From the human T2T-CHM13v2.0 reference genome, Homo sapiens, in assembly GCF_009914755.1 (NCBI RefSeq), contig NC_060937.1: a DNA stretch of 64,000 nucleotides; one strand, given 5' to 3'. Positions 26,266-44,718 of this stretch are shown piece after piece. How positions within the stretch are numbered: the first letter of the stretch is position 1; the number at the start of each line of letters is the position of its first letter. The notes under the pieces were generated by a model. It searched no databases. It had not been told where the DNA came from and worked only from the letters and a program-made list of their open reading frames with translations. The position numbers and the translations under genes are program-made.

Positions 26266-27180
26266 ATGGGAAACAAATAGAGCAGAAAAACTGGAAACTC
26301 TAAACTTCAGAACACCTCTCCACCTCCAAAGGAACACAGCTCCTCACCAGCAATGGAACAAAGCTGGATGGAGAATGACTTCGATGAGTTGAGAGAAGAA
26401 GGCTTCAGATGATCAAACTTCTCTGAGCTACAGGAGGAGATTCGAACCAATGGCAAAGAAGATAAAAACTTTGAAAAAAAAATAGATGAATGGATCACTA
26501 GAATAACCAATGCAGAGAAGTCCTTAAAGGACCTGATGGAGCTGAAAACCAAGGCATGAGAACTACGTGATGAATGCAGAAGCCTCAGTAGCCGATGCGA
26601 TCAACCGGAATAAAGGGTATCAGTGATGGAAGACAAAAGGAATGAAATGAAGCGAGAAGAGAAGTTTAGCAAAAAAGAATAAAAAGAAATGAACAGAGCC
26701 TCCAAGAAATATGGGACTATGTAAAAAGACCAAATCTATGTCTGATTGGTGTACCTGAAAGTGACGGGTAGAATGGAACCAAATTGGAAAACACTCTGCA
26801 GGATATTATCCAGGAGAACTTCCCCAATCTAGCAAAGCAGGCCAACATTCAAATTCAGAAAATACATAGAAGGCCACAAAGGTACTCCTCGAGAATAGCA
26901 ACTCCAAGACACATAATTGTCAGATTCACCAAAGTTGAAATGAATGAAAAAATGTTAAGGGCAGCCTGAGAGAAAGGTTGGGTGACCCACAAAGGGAAGC
27001 CAATCAGACTAACATCTGGGGGCCAATATTCAACATTCTTAAAGAAAAGAATTTTCAACCCAGAATTTCATATCCAACCAAACTAAGCTTCATAAATGAA
27101 GTAGAAATAAAATACTTTACAGACACGCAAATGCTGAGAGATTTTGTCTCCAACAGGCCTGCCCTAAAAGAGCTCCTTAA

Positions 27181-30420
<3,240 letters not shown>

Positions 30421-31310
30421 AAAAGAGCTCCTTAAAGAAGCGCTAAACATGGAAAGGAACAAGTGGTACCAGCCACTGCAAAAACATGCCAAATTGTAAA
30501 GACCATCGAGGCTACAAAGAAACTGCATCAACTAACGAGCAAAATAACCAGCTGACATCTTAATGACAGGATCAAATTCACACATAACTATATTAACCTT
30601 AAAGGTAAATGGGCTATATGCTCCAATTATAAGGCACAGACTGGCAAATTGGATAAAGAGTCAAGACCCATCAGTGTGCTGTACTCAGGAAACCCATCTC
30701 ATGTGCAGAGACAAACATAGTCTCAAAATAAAGGGATGGAGGAATATCGACCAAGCAAATGGAAAACAAAAAAAGGCAGGGGTTGCAATCCTAGTCTCTC
30801 ATAAAACAGACTTTAAACCAACAAAGATCAAAAGAGACAAAGAAGGCCATTAGATAATGGTAAAGGATCAATTCAACAAGAGGAGCTAACTATCCTAAAT
30901 ATATATGCACCCAATACAAGATCACCCAGATTCATAAAGCAAGTCCTTAATGACATACAAAGGGACTTAGACTCCCACACAATAATAATGGGAGATTTTA
31001 ATACCCTACTGTCAACATTAGACAGATCAATCAGACAGAAAGTTAACAAGGATACCCAGGAATTGAAGTCAGCTCTGCACCAAGCGGACCTAATAGACAT
31101 CTACAAAACTCTCCACCTCAAATCAACAGAATATACATTCTTTTCAGCACCACACCACACCTATTACAAAATTGAGTACATAATTGGAAGTAAGCATTCC
31201 TCAGCAAACGTAAAAGAACAGAAATTATAACAAACTGTCTCTCACACCACCGTGCAATCAAGTCAGAACTCAGGATTAAGAAACTCACTCAAAACCACTC
31301 AACTACATAG

Positions 31311-31703
<393 letters not shown>

Positions 31704-31924
31704 TAATAAAGAAGAAAAGAGAGAAGAATCAAATAGACGCAATAAAAAATGATAAAGGGATATCTCCCCTGATCCCACAGAAATACAAACTACCATCAGA
31801 GAATACTTTAAACAGCCCTACACAAATAAACTAGAAAATCTAGAAGAAATGGATAAATTCCTCGACACATACATCCTCCCAAGACTAAACCAGGAAGGAT
31901 CTGAATCTCTGAATAGAACAATAA

Positions 31925-32068
<144 letters not shown>

Positions 32069-32071
32069 TGA

Positions 32072-32272
<201 letters not shown>

Positions 32273-32275
32273 TAA

Positions 32276-32563
<288 letters not shown>

Positions 32564-32566
32564 TAG

Positions 32567-33188
<622 letters not shown>

Positions 33189-33357
33189 TGACTTCAAACT
33201 ATACTACAAGGCTACAGTACCCAATAACCAAAGCAGCATTGTACTGGTACCAAAACAGAGATGTAGACCACTGGAACAGAACAGATCCCTAGAAATAATG
33301 CCGCATATCTACAACTATCTGATCTTTGACAAAGCTGAGAAAAATAAGAAATGGTGA

Positions 33358-33681
<324 letters not shown>

Positions 33682-34637
33682 TGAGAGAAAGTTTTTGCAA
33701 CCTACTCATCTGACAAAGGGCTAATATCCAGAATCAACAATGAACTCAAACAAATCAACAAGAAAAAACAAACAACCCCATCAAAAGTGGGCGAAGGATA
33801 TGAACAGACACTTCTCAAAAGAAGACATTTATGCAGCCAAAAAACACATGAAAAAATGCTCACCATCACTGGCCATCAGAGAAATGCAAATCAAAACCAC
33901 AATGAGATACCATCTCACACCAGTTAGAATGGCGATCATTAAAAAGTCAGGAAACAACAGGTGCTGGAGAGGATGTGGAGAAATAGGAACACTTTTACAC
34001 TGTTGGTGGGACTGTAAACTAGTTCAACCATTGTGGAAGTCAGTGTGGCGATTCCTCAAGGATCTATAACTAGAAATACCATTTGACCCAGCCATCGCAT
34101 TACTGGGTATATACCCCAAGGATTATAAATCATGCTGCTATAAAGACACATGCACACATATGTTTATTGTGGCATTATTCACAATAGCAAAGACTTGGAT
34201 CCAACCTGAATGTCCAACAACGATAGACTGGATTAAGAAAATGTGACACATATACACCATGGAATACTATGCAGCCATAAAAAATGATGAGTTCATGTCC
34301 TTTGTAGGGACATGGATGAAACTGGAAACCATCATTCTCAGCACACTAGCGCAAGGACAAAAATCCAAACACCGCATGTTCTCACTCATAGGTGGGAATT
34401 GAACAATGAGAACACATGGACACAGGAAGAGGAACATCACACACCATGGACTGTTGTGGGTTAGGGGAAGGGGGCAGGGATAGCATTAGGAGATATACCT
34501 AATGCTAAATGATGAGTTAATGGGTGCAGCACACCAACATGGCACATGTATACATATGTAACAAACCTGCACGTTGTGTACATGTACCCTAAAACTTATA
34601 GTATAATAATAATAAAATAAAATAAAAATATATAAAA

Positions 34638-35640
34638 GAGAGGAAGTAAGCCATGCTGATTCCTGATGAGAAAGCATTCCAAGCAAAGGGGACCACACAT
34701 TCAAAGGCCCTGAGGCAGCAGCACAACTGCCTGGTGTCTTTGAAGATTGCAAAATAGAGGGGAGACTGACTGGACTAGACATCAGAGAAGTGTCAGGGGA
34801 CAAGATGGTTTAAAACATTCCTAGCCATGGAAGGTTTTAAGCAGATGAAAACATTATTTGCCTTATGCTTTGAAAAGACTTACTCTGGATCACCTGAGGT
34901 CAGGAGTTTGAGACCTGCCTGGCCAACATGGCAAAACCCCATCTCTATTAAAAACACAAAAATTAGCCAGGCTTGGTTGTGCATGCCTGTAGTCCCAGCT
35001 ACTTGGGAGGCTGAGGCAGGAGAATCACTTGAACCCAGGAGTTAGAGGTTGTAGTGAACCCAGATTGCACAACTGCACTCCAGCCTGGGCGACAGAGGAG
35101 ACTCCGTCTCAAAAAAAAAATAAATAAGGACTTACTCTGGTTGCTCAGTGAAGAACAAAGTACAAGGAGAAAGAGAAAGTGGGAGAGGAGTTAGGAGGCT
35201 ATTTTCATAATCCATGAAAGCAATGACGTAAAGTTAAGCAGGGTGTACATAATGGGTGTGGCAAGGGAAGCTCAGATTCTTAATACAGTTCAACAGTGTA
35301 TGCCGATATGAGGTGTAAGAAACAAAGAGGGGTCAAGACAAGTTTTCTGGCCTAATGGCTGGTACACTGGAAGTGCTATTTACTGAGACGGAGACGACGG
35401 AGGAGTGTTGGGCCCAGGGGTTGAAGGTGGAGGATCAAGAATTCCCTTATGGATGTGTGATAGTTGAGTTGTCTATTAGTCTTCCAAGTGGTGATAATCA
35501 GCAGATAATTAGATATGAGTCTAAATTTTAGAGGAGAGGTAGGAGCTGGAAATATGTGTTCATGGACCATGCACATATACATGGAATTTAATGCCATTGG
35601 GCTTCATGAGATCACAGAGGCATGAGTGCACCTAGAAAAA
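34638..35640 (-). mobile_element. L2 fragment, interrupted by an Alu
   Basis: AGCCATGCTGAT...AGCATTCCAAGCAAAGGG...CAAAGGCCCTGAGGCAG matches antisense L2. Confidence 0.75.
34887..35127 (+). mobile_element. 5'-truncated AluS with TSD
   Basis: Starts GGATCACCTGAGGTCAGGAG; TSD GACTTACTCTGG at 34877-34888 and 35129-35140. Confidence 0.9.
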
Positions 35641-36278
35641 CGGTTGAGAACGGTTAAAAGGTAAATGTTCCTTCTACATTTTGAATTTATAGAAATAATG
35701 ACACAGTAGCCAGTTGCTGAAACGCTACCCAGTTCAGAGTAAAACAAATTTCCTATTTTATCAAATCATTGAATGCCATTTAAAATTCATAATACTTGCA
35801 GAGATCCCAAATATCTTAATAAAGATGAAAGCCTAAGATCACATTGGTGGCCTAGACTCTGCCTTCCCTGATCGTCTATTTAAAAATAACAATAATGATA
35901 ATAATAAGAAGAAATATTCATGGATCACTAGATATGGTGAAATACACTCAAAGGTAGATTCATTTCTTTTCTACTATACCCTTGTAACTATCAGTCTATA
36001 AAATAGTTTTATTAGAAAGGCACAGTCACCCTCAAGCCAATAGCAGCTTATAAATATGGGGCAAGGAGCCTGGTGTGGGGAGGCTGAGAAATAATTGAGA
36101 GAACCAGTAGATATGAAGCTAACAAATAACACTGTCGAGCAGAATGAGGCAGATAAGCCAGAGGCAGTGCAAATGGCCGGTCAAGACAGGTAGACAGACA
36201 GAAGCCAGGAGTGAGAGATGGGAGGTCCAAAGTGCAATAAAATACTCAAGAACCAGTGAATCCATGGGAGCTTACAGC

Positions 36279-36293
36279 GGGGGGGGGGGGGGG
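36279..36293. repeat. Poly-G homopolymer (G15)
   Basis: Direct reading. Confidence 0.9.
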
Positions 36294-37789
36294 CGCATGA
36301 AGGGAGGAGCATCCAGGTAGAGGGGAAGGAATGGAGGTGTGAACAGGAGGCAGGAGGGCACAAGCTATTTGATATGTTTGGAGAGCGAGGTGCTTTTCTG
36401 AGGCTGAGAAAATAACGGGAAGCCAGAATCTGGAGGACTGGGTAGACCATGTTAAACAGCAAGCACTTGATTCTGCACGTGTTGGACGCCAGTGCAGGGC
36501 TTCTAAGCAAGGCAGTGACATGATCACATCACATTTTAGGAAGGGTACAAATTAGGCATGGCCACAGGCAGGAAGACCCGAGAGATCTCTTACAGTCAGG
36601 GATAAGAGTCTAAACGACAAGGTGGCCATGAACATTCAAAGAAAGAAGACAGAAGAGACTTTAGAGGGCAGGCCCCACGGGACCTGAGTGAAGGGGTTTG
36701 GGAGACTCACAGCTTTCTGCTGTGAAGTCAAGGATATCACAAACTATCGGAATGAAAGAAACAGTCCTAGGGCTAGGGGTAGGTGGATGAATGTGGTTCC
36801 ATTTTGAACAAGAGGAGAAAATTCAGGTAATTCATTTTGATTGATCAAGCAAAATAATTTGCAGCTGAACATTATAGAAGCAACAACAATTCTTATGATA
36901 TTGGGGTATAGGAAACAGGCTCAAGAAAGCACAGTATTTCCTGTTTCTCTTCTGATTCAATAAATAATATTTTCTGTTAAGGTTTTTGATAACTGTTGTT
37001 TTAATTAATCAAAAGGAGACAAGATAAATTTGAACTTAAAAGCATAAGAAAATCAGTTGTCTTTTTAGAAAAGGTGAGTCAGTATTTCCTATGGTCTTAA
37101 ATCATCCTTCAAATAATGGTCCATGAAACAAATGAGATCCTACTTATCTAGCCTTTTCCTTGATAGATTAAAAACTGTACCAAAATCTTACTATATTGCA
37201 AAGACACTAGTTCACTCAATTGAGAATCCTCAGTATACAAACATATAAATCAAGGGAACTTTAAAACCAATAATTGTGTTCAAAATGGGAAGATTATTCC
37301 AAATTTTTTCTACATATTTTAGAATAATTTCACAGTTAAACACCCTGTAGCTTATAAAATCATTATCCAGTATTTAATAAGGTATATCTATAACCATATC
37401 AACATTGGAATTTAACAGTTTACAAAGCACTTTTGATACATCACATTTACATGAAGGTGGCAACGAGTTCAGTACATTCATGCAGATTAGAAAACAGTAG
37501 TTTTTGAAGATTGTATTTGTTCATGTAAGTCAGAAGGTTTGAACTATTTCCTACCCCTGCTATCGGTTTAAGCCTAAGAAATGTTATTCATTATGATTTG
37601 GTCTTTAAATAAATCACGAAGGTAGAGGGTAGAGCACACCCCATGAATGCATTGAGGTGCCGTAAGACTCCAACGCCAGAGGCGGCAGGTTGGAATTTAG
37701 TTCAATCATGAATTTGTTATGAGAACTCTGACAAGCTTCAGCTCTAAAGTAAGCTTGGAAACACAAAGAAACTCTGCGAAAAATACTGA

Positions 37790-37817
37790 ACACAGACACA
37801 CACACACACACACACAC
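37790..37817. repeat. (CA)n microsatellite
   Basis: Direct reading. Confidence 0.9.
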
Positions 37818-38839
37818 TCCTCTCTTTTAAGACTGGCATAGAAGAGGTAAGTGTACCAACAAGCAACCTCCAAAGAGCAAATGAAACAGAAAATTCAAAC
37901 GAGTACCTGGTAGGAGTTGTAACTTCAACAAAGTGCCTCTCATATCTGCCTCATAAACCCGTACTCATTTTTCACAACTAACTCAAATAGCACCTCCTCA
38001 GTGACACCTTTCCTGTTCTGCCTACCAGATATATCTGCAGACCTTGTGTATCCTCTAGCCCAGAACACAGGGCATCTTATACAGGGGGCTCTGTCTACAA
38101 GGGGCTCTATGCTTTGACAGGAACTGTGAAACTATGGGCAGCAGTTTTTCAATTCATGTTTGTGGCTCTCATTACAAATGTCCTGCCTCAGGAACCCAGC
38201 AGGTGGTAATAAATGCTGGTTGAACACTAAAACCTTGGAATGCTACATCATTATTCTAAAGGATAGTCATTTTTTAAAACATTTTGGAAGTTCTTTTGAA
38301 ACTGACTTTTTAGATTATGAAAATATCTCAGTGATAGGTTTTGATTTTCCAAGTTAGACCTTATTTTATTTTAGAAACCGTCAAAGTTATACAAAACCAA
38401 GCATGTGTCTCTGTGCATTTTGTTTTCTCTCCTCCCTTAATGGTAAGGAAGGGTTTCATCTCTTTTATAGGCCAAATGCTCCACAAATGAATGTGTTAAC
38501 GAACGAACAAATTAATAAATGACAAGAATGAGAGCTCAAACTGCATAAAAGTATACTTACTTAAAAATGAGATGTGACGATTGCTAACATGTCATAACCA
38601 GACTCTGTCCTGACTTCGGCAAGCCACAACTTTGACAATAAAGAGGAAAGAGGATCAAGTCCCTAAATACCGCAGTTGCACTAAGACCTTCTCACGTGCC
38701 CGAAGAAGATACACTTGCAGAGGAGAAATGATGATGCAGAGGCCTGCTCCAAGATGCAGGAGGAAGTTTAATTGCCAGTGAATTTGACTGGAATGGAAGT
38801 CAAACGAGGTTTGAAAGGAAATAGAGATTGTTAAACTCC

Positions 38840-39096
38840 TGACTAGGCGATAACTGCCGTCCTTCTCTTCTATCTGTCCCTGTTACTAGGCAATAACTGC
38901 CCTCCTTCTCTTCTATCTGCCCCTGTGACTAGGCGATAACTGCCCTCCTTCTCTTCTATCTGCCCCTGTGACTAGGCGATAACTGCCGTCCTTCTCTTCT
39001 ATCTGCCCCTGTGACTAGGCGATAACTGCCCTCCTTCTCTTCTATCTGTCCCTGTGATTAGGCGATAACTGCCCTCCTTCTCTTCTATCTGCCCCT
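38840..39096. repeat. 43-bp minisatellite, ~6 copies
   Basis: Unit CTAGGCGATAACTGCCCTCCTTCTCTTCTATCTGCCCCTGTGA starting at 38843, 38886, 38929, 38972, 39015 and 39058. Confidence 0.95.
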
Positions 39097-39289
39097 ACCT
39101 TGGGCCCCAAATGACTCAGCACTAAAGTGCCTTGAGCAGGCTCCAGCCCAAAAGTGGCCTCCACGGGCATCACTTCCCGCTCTGCTGTCCTGCCTTGCTT
39201 TCCTCCTGGCAGGGAAGAAAAAAGGAAGGAAAGAAGACCCTGAGCTGGAATCATACATATCATCGCAATTCATCCACACTGCAGTCCTG

Positions 39290-39400
39290 TAAGGTATGTG
39301 CCATTGTACTCAGAAAACTGAGGCTCAAAGAGATTGAGCAACTTGTCTAAGACCTCACAGGTCCTGAGAGCAGAGCCTGGATTTCAAACACCTGGGAGAC
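39290..39400 (-). mobile_element. MIR fragment
   Basis: GAAAACTGAGGCTCAAAGAGATTGAGCAACTTGTCTAAGACCTCACAG. Confidence 0.7.
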
Positions 39401-40882
39401 TCTGAAATCCATGTTAGCTCTTCTATACATGGGCCCAAAATGCAGCTATACACCAGCAAGACTGACTTCCTCTTGTGGCTTATCACTAGCTCTGAATACA
39501 AGAATCTTCCAAATGCTTTATAAACAATAGTAGCATCATGGGAATAAGTTGGCAAGTTCCCAGAATTACTGTTTTAGATGCACTTGAACTTTTTCTCCAT
39601 GTATAGAGTCAGGAATAAGGAAAAAGGATCCAAAGGAGAAGGAGAAAAATAAAACGGGACTGAGCCTTATACTTCTGGACCAGAACAGATAATGTTGGGA
39701 TTTTCCTTCCTTTTTTTCCAGACAAATCCAATAAAGACGTCTGTTTCTGTTACCTAAAACCAACTTGAAAAGTTTGCTCCCTCCTACCTTAAGCGGCTTT
39801 GTATAGAGCCCACAGTTGAACGTTGGTTCCAACGGCAAAGGTTAATTGCAAAGTTTTTATAGTGTTATTCAAAGCACGTTTGATTTCAGCCTTGGCAACC
39901 ATGGGCAGAATGTCAGCAATGCTCCCTCTATTAGCTATTGGAGAGAAAACACTGTGAAACTCTAAGACCTTGGTTATTAGGCCAATGAAACATTTATGCC
40001 CTGATCAGATGGAGAAAAACTTCAGCAGGGTTAGTGAGACACCTTCCGAGTGTACCAATGAAGCTCTTGCCTGCTGTTACAGATAAATGACTTTCATTTC
40101 ACTATTGGCTTGTGCTTGAGAAGGTTATTCAATTGATTCCAGTTTTTTGCAATGCCTTGAAGGCAAATAATGTTGTAGCATCCACTGTCCTCATAATACA
40201 CTGTTTCTTTTCTAAGGAAGGTTGTTGTCATAATACCCTAGATATTAACAGAAAATATTCCACTTCTTATCATATATTAATTTGGCTCTGGAATAAGTAA
40301 ATGTAACTACCAGAATGCTAATGAGGATGTTACGCTGATGTTTATTTGTGTGTTCTAATCTGTAGATAAACAGCAAGGTCTCTTATATTTCATGATTCCA
40401 AGTCTCAGGCCACAGCAGGACAAGTATCAAAACATCTATTCTCAATTCGGAGTTGAGATTTCTAATAAGAATTCTATTTTATTCATAATCATAAAATAGC
40501 ACCAGGAAAAGTCAATATCTAAAAATACAGATCGTTGAAAAGTAGATCTTTCTGCCCTTAACATAAACAAACTGTAAAATCTGAAGTTGAAATTATTCCT
40601 TGTACCAGCCTCCTAATTTACCCAGAGTTAACAGAAAAGTTATAGCAGTGCATGAAGCTGTGAGGTTTTGATGGGTGTAGATATAGACATCCAATTCTGC
40701 CATTTCACACTAGTCAGAATACCAGTCATAGAAATCCCACAGGAAAAATCATTTCTGAAGGTATCTGGTCTTATGGATTATAAAATTAATCTTTCTTATC
40801 ATTGTACCTAAACCGAAATATGCTTCCTATACAAAGAAGGTTTATTTCAAGAGTTAAGACCACCTCCCGCCATCCCCCTTAA

Positions 40883-40907
40883 CACACACACACACACGCA
40901 CACACAC

Positions 40908-40940
<33 letters not shown>
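40883..40940. repeat. Compound (CA)n(GA)n microsatellite
   Basis: Direct reading. Confidence 0.9.
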
Positions 40941-40980
40941 ATTGAGAGCATTAGTGGTTTTCTCCCTTAGACTGATTTTT

Positions 40981-42448
40981 TCTTGCTGTTATTTTTAGCC
41001 ACTTTGTTAACGGTGGGGTTAAAAGGCAGGATAGATGTAACACCCATTTCACATACATGTTGCAACATCAGAGATGCTAGTCTTCATTAAAAATACCAGT
41101 TCTAAATTCCTTCTAAAATATATTTTTAAAAATCAGTACACTTGGTACCTTGGAAATGCTGAAATGTTATCATGAAGGCTGGTTATTTGTTATGAGTCAA
41201 CTGTCTATTATCTTCAATATAAACTATAATTTACTGGTCTGAACACTCTTCCTATCTTACCTGTATATACTCAAAGGGAGCAATTTCTCATGTTTAGCAA
41301 ATTGTTCTTTAGGTAATTTGTTCTTTAGCTTTTTTGTACAAAAGTACAAAATAGTTATCACAGCAAACTTTCCAGTATTTATTATTTTGAAGGTATATAT
41401 TTTGGAGTGAACTTTTTTTTTTTGCCATGTCAGGCTTGAGCAGGATAGCAAATATATAAATTGAGCTCTCTAATTATAATCTCAATATATGAATTCTTGC
41501 TAATTAAAATACTTTGCACAAGCAAAAACAATTGCCACGTATGTGTTTAGGAGGTAGTTAAGTAACTCCATATAAAAATAAGTGCACTTTCCCCTCCTTT
41601 CTTCAGTGACTAGAAAACTTCCATACTTTTAAAATAATCAAATAATAATTTAGAGAGCAACAGCCCTCAACTCTTTGCTGGTGCTTATCACACTGCCTTT
41701 CTTCACTCCATTCTTAGCTCTGCTAGTTTCTTCTTGTCTGTAATGATAATAAGGGAATGTGGGTGGGTCAGCACTCCTGTGTAGGTCCCCTTTCCAAATT
41801 TACCTTCCAAAAAGCCAACCAAATAAACAACCAAAAAATTGTGCAACAAAACACAAATAGCATTCCAACAGCTTGGCAAGTGATGCATTCTCCTGAGATT
41901 GAGTGGTTTTAGGCGGTCAGTAACAAAATGCTTCTTTGCTGTCTCAGTAGAAAGGCAACAAATTCTTCAAAGAAACCAAGAAAGTTACTACCTTGACAAC
42001 GTCTCTCATTACTGTCCTCCTCTTATGTCTTTTCTCTCCACATTATCTGTTGTGTATCTACTATAGAAGGCTACAAAACATACAGCAGAAAGGATGGCTT
42101 GAAGGCAATTGGTATTTGTAAATAAATTCACAACAAGGTCCAAGCTGAAGAGGTGAACACATCAGCCACGTGGGACAATTCTCAGCATGTGCAAACATAG
42201 GCAAATTCTAGCCTATGTTACATTGAAAACAATGTCAGTGCATTTTTTTTATGTTAAAGATTTTTTAAAAGCTAAAGCGTGTTCTTTGCTATGCTGACCA
42301 CAAACAAGTTTTAAGAGTTTCGGAAGTCTGGCAAAAATAGAAAAAAAAAAAAAAAAAGCTGAAGCAACATTGAACCGCACAATATAAGCATTAGGCATGC
42401 ACAAATTTTCAAAACAAAGGAAGGAAATCATCCCTCTCTACAACATGG
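40981..42448 (-). pseudogene. Probable processed retrocopy of a non-coding (3'UTR-like) mRNA end; parent not identified
   Basis: 14-bp TSD TTAG(A/G)CTGATTTTT at 40967-40980 and 42449-42462. TT/AAAA endonuclease site on the minus strand. Decayed A-tail with an AACAAA signal variant ~20 nt upstream. No repeat-family or coding signature recognised. Confidence 0.65.
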
Positions 42449-42653
42449 TTAGGCTGATTTTTAAGAAATAAAATGTAAGATATCAGAAAAGCAAATGTTT
42501 GGCACCTACATATCCAATATCTGGCACCGTGCAGAGTAGAAGAGTGAAAGAAATAATGAAGAACAAAGTGGTTACTTTGCTTCAGGAGTTCATGATCTAT
42601 AGTTAGAAACCAATATAAACATTTTGAGTATATTTCAAAGAAAGAGAAAATCA

Positions 42654-42793
42654 GGCCGGGTGTGGTGGCTTGCACCTCTAGTAATAACACTTTGGGAGGC
42701 TGAGGTGGGAAGATTGCTTGAGCTCATGAGTTTGATACCAGCCTGAGAAATATAGTAAAACCTCATATCTATACAAAAATTAATTTAAAAAAA
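42654..42793 (+). mobile_element. FLAM / free left Alu monomer
   Basis: GGCCGGGTGTGGTGGC...GATTGCTTGAGCTC...CCAGCCTG followed by an A-rich tail. Confidence 0.8.
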
Positions 42794-43029
42794 AGCAGAG
42801 CAAAAATAAATATGAAAGAAAACATTAGAAATCAGAGCTCGGGCAAAGAGTTCAACGTAAGCAAAGCAGCTCTGCCCTGGGGGACCTCTGGAGCATCCCA
42901 GCTTCCTGTAGAGGCCCCACCACATGGCCCTTTCCCATCACTGGGAACCGTCTTCTGTATCATGCCAGGATTTTCCCCCAAACTTCTCAACCTAATTTAT
43001 TCAGCCAAAACATATATATTTCTTGAATC

Positions 43030-43900
43030 CTTACTAAAAGAAAGGCACTGTTCAACTTAATGAAAATATGTCAACGATATAAAACAAAAATGTTTACCCT
43101 CATGCAAATTATATTCCAGTGAGAAAAGACAGATCATTAATAAAATAAATATGTAAAATATATAATATGCCAGAAGGTAATAAGTGGCACAGAGAAAAAT
43201 TAAGTTTGGAAGAGAGCTCAGGAATGCTGGGAGCAGGTAGATGTGAAGGTAGTTAGAATGCTCAAGGAGGGAGTAATAGGCAGAAGAATGGCCTTTCTAC
43301 ATGTCCATATCCCTATATGGCAAAAAGGACTTATGGATGTGATGAAGTTATGGATCATGAGATGAGGAGATTATTCTGGATTACCCATGTTAGCCCAATG
43401 TCATCACAAGAGGACTTAAAAGCAAAAGAGGGAGGTAGGAGAGTCTGAGGCAAGAAGCGTGACAGCTAGGGTCAGAATGATGTGGTTGCTGCCTGGAAGG
43501 GGGCCAGGGGCCAAGGGATGCAGGCATCCTTTAAAATCTGGAGAAGGTAAGAAAGTGTTCTCTCTCCCCTAGAGAGAGTGTGTGTTCTTTTAGGCTACTA
43601 GAGGTGTGCTAATTTATTCCAGCAATCATAGAAAACTTATATAGATAAGGTCTCACTGAGAAGATAACATTTGAACAAAGATTCCAAGGAGGTGAGGGCA
43701 CCAGCTATGCAGATATCTGGGGAAGAGCACTCGAGGAAGAAAAGGCAGGCAAACAGCAGGGTGCCTAGCCTATGTGCATGAAGTAGAGAACACTGGGAGT
43801 CAGAAGGCTAACAGAAGACAAGTCAGAGAGAGGGACTGGGGTGGGTCAACTCACACTCAGCCTCACTGGCTATTGTAAGAACTTCGAGTTATTCTGAGAC
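43030..43900 (-). mobile_element. L2 fragments with a nested plus-strand MLT1D-like LTR (~43275-43640)
   Basis: L2: ACATTTGAACAAAGATTCCAAGGAGGTGAGGG...GATATCTGGGGAAGAGCA. MLT1: GGCAGAAGAATGGCC...GAGATTATTCTGGATTACCC. Confidence 0.65.
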
Positions 43901-43963
43901 ACTCAGTATAGGAAAGTCTATGAATATTTATAGAAATTCTGAACGTTTACAAGATGAATAAAA

Positions 43964-44130
43964 GTTGTATGCTAGCAAACCTATTGGTTGGGTGGGGGGA
44001 AGCCCAGATTTGTAGCATTTGCTGATTTACATTGTGTAAATATTTCTACTGATGGTTTGACAAACACTTCATAAAATTTCTGGGTACTTAATTATCAGCT
44101 CCAGTAGAGCGCTGCATGTATGACACCACA
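43964..44130. mobile_element. MER63-like hAT DNA transposon fragment
   Basis: AAGCCCAGATTTGTAGCATTTGCTGATTTACATTGTGTAAATA. Confidence 0.5.
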
Positions 44131-44718
44131 TTTGCCAATTCCACACTAGATTCTATTGGGAACAAGCTGTATGAGAGTCAACTGGTGGCAGAAATAAGGA
44201 AGTCCTCAATAAAAATCAGCATTTACTTTTGACAGATGTGAAATCCTGGAACTTATTTCTCTTTACTTGCTCTGCCTGGTGATTAAATTATGATTTTAAA
44301 AGAAATAGTTTTAATTTCTTATTAGAATGCTGCCACCAAATAAATAAAATACGTACTTTAACTATATGCAATCTTTTCTATATTATACTGTTGTCAACAG
44401 AAACATTATCATGGGCCAACTTCATGAAAGGAGATATGTGATAGAAGATGGAGTTGTTGGAATGGAAAAAAAAAGTCAAATTTTACTTTGGATTAATCAG
44501 AGGGAAGAAAGCAAACAGACAGGAAAGGAAAGGCAAGCTTAGCCAAGTTGAAGAGGCTGAACTCAGGAGGCAGTTGGAGAATAGGATCATAGTTTGAAGA
44601 GAGCTGCTAGGCTGTTTACTCCAGGTGAGGATCATAATCCCAGAAGACCCAGTCACAAACACCATAACACTGAATGTTGAAATCCTGAAAGATTAAAATT
44701 CCTAAGGTCTAAATTCTC

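Noticed and set aside
38840-39096. CRISPR-like regular repeats
   Set aside because: Head-to-tail tandem units with no unique spacers, no cas genes, and a primate context.
40981-42448. Naming the parent gene of the retrocopy
   Set aside because: The sequence reads like a familiar 3'UTR, but I could not assign it reliably without a search.
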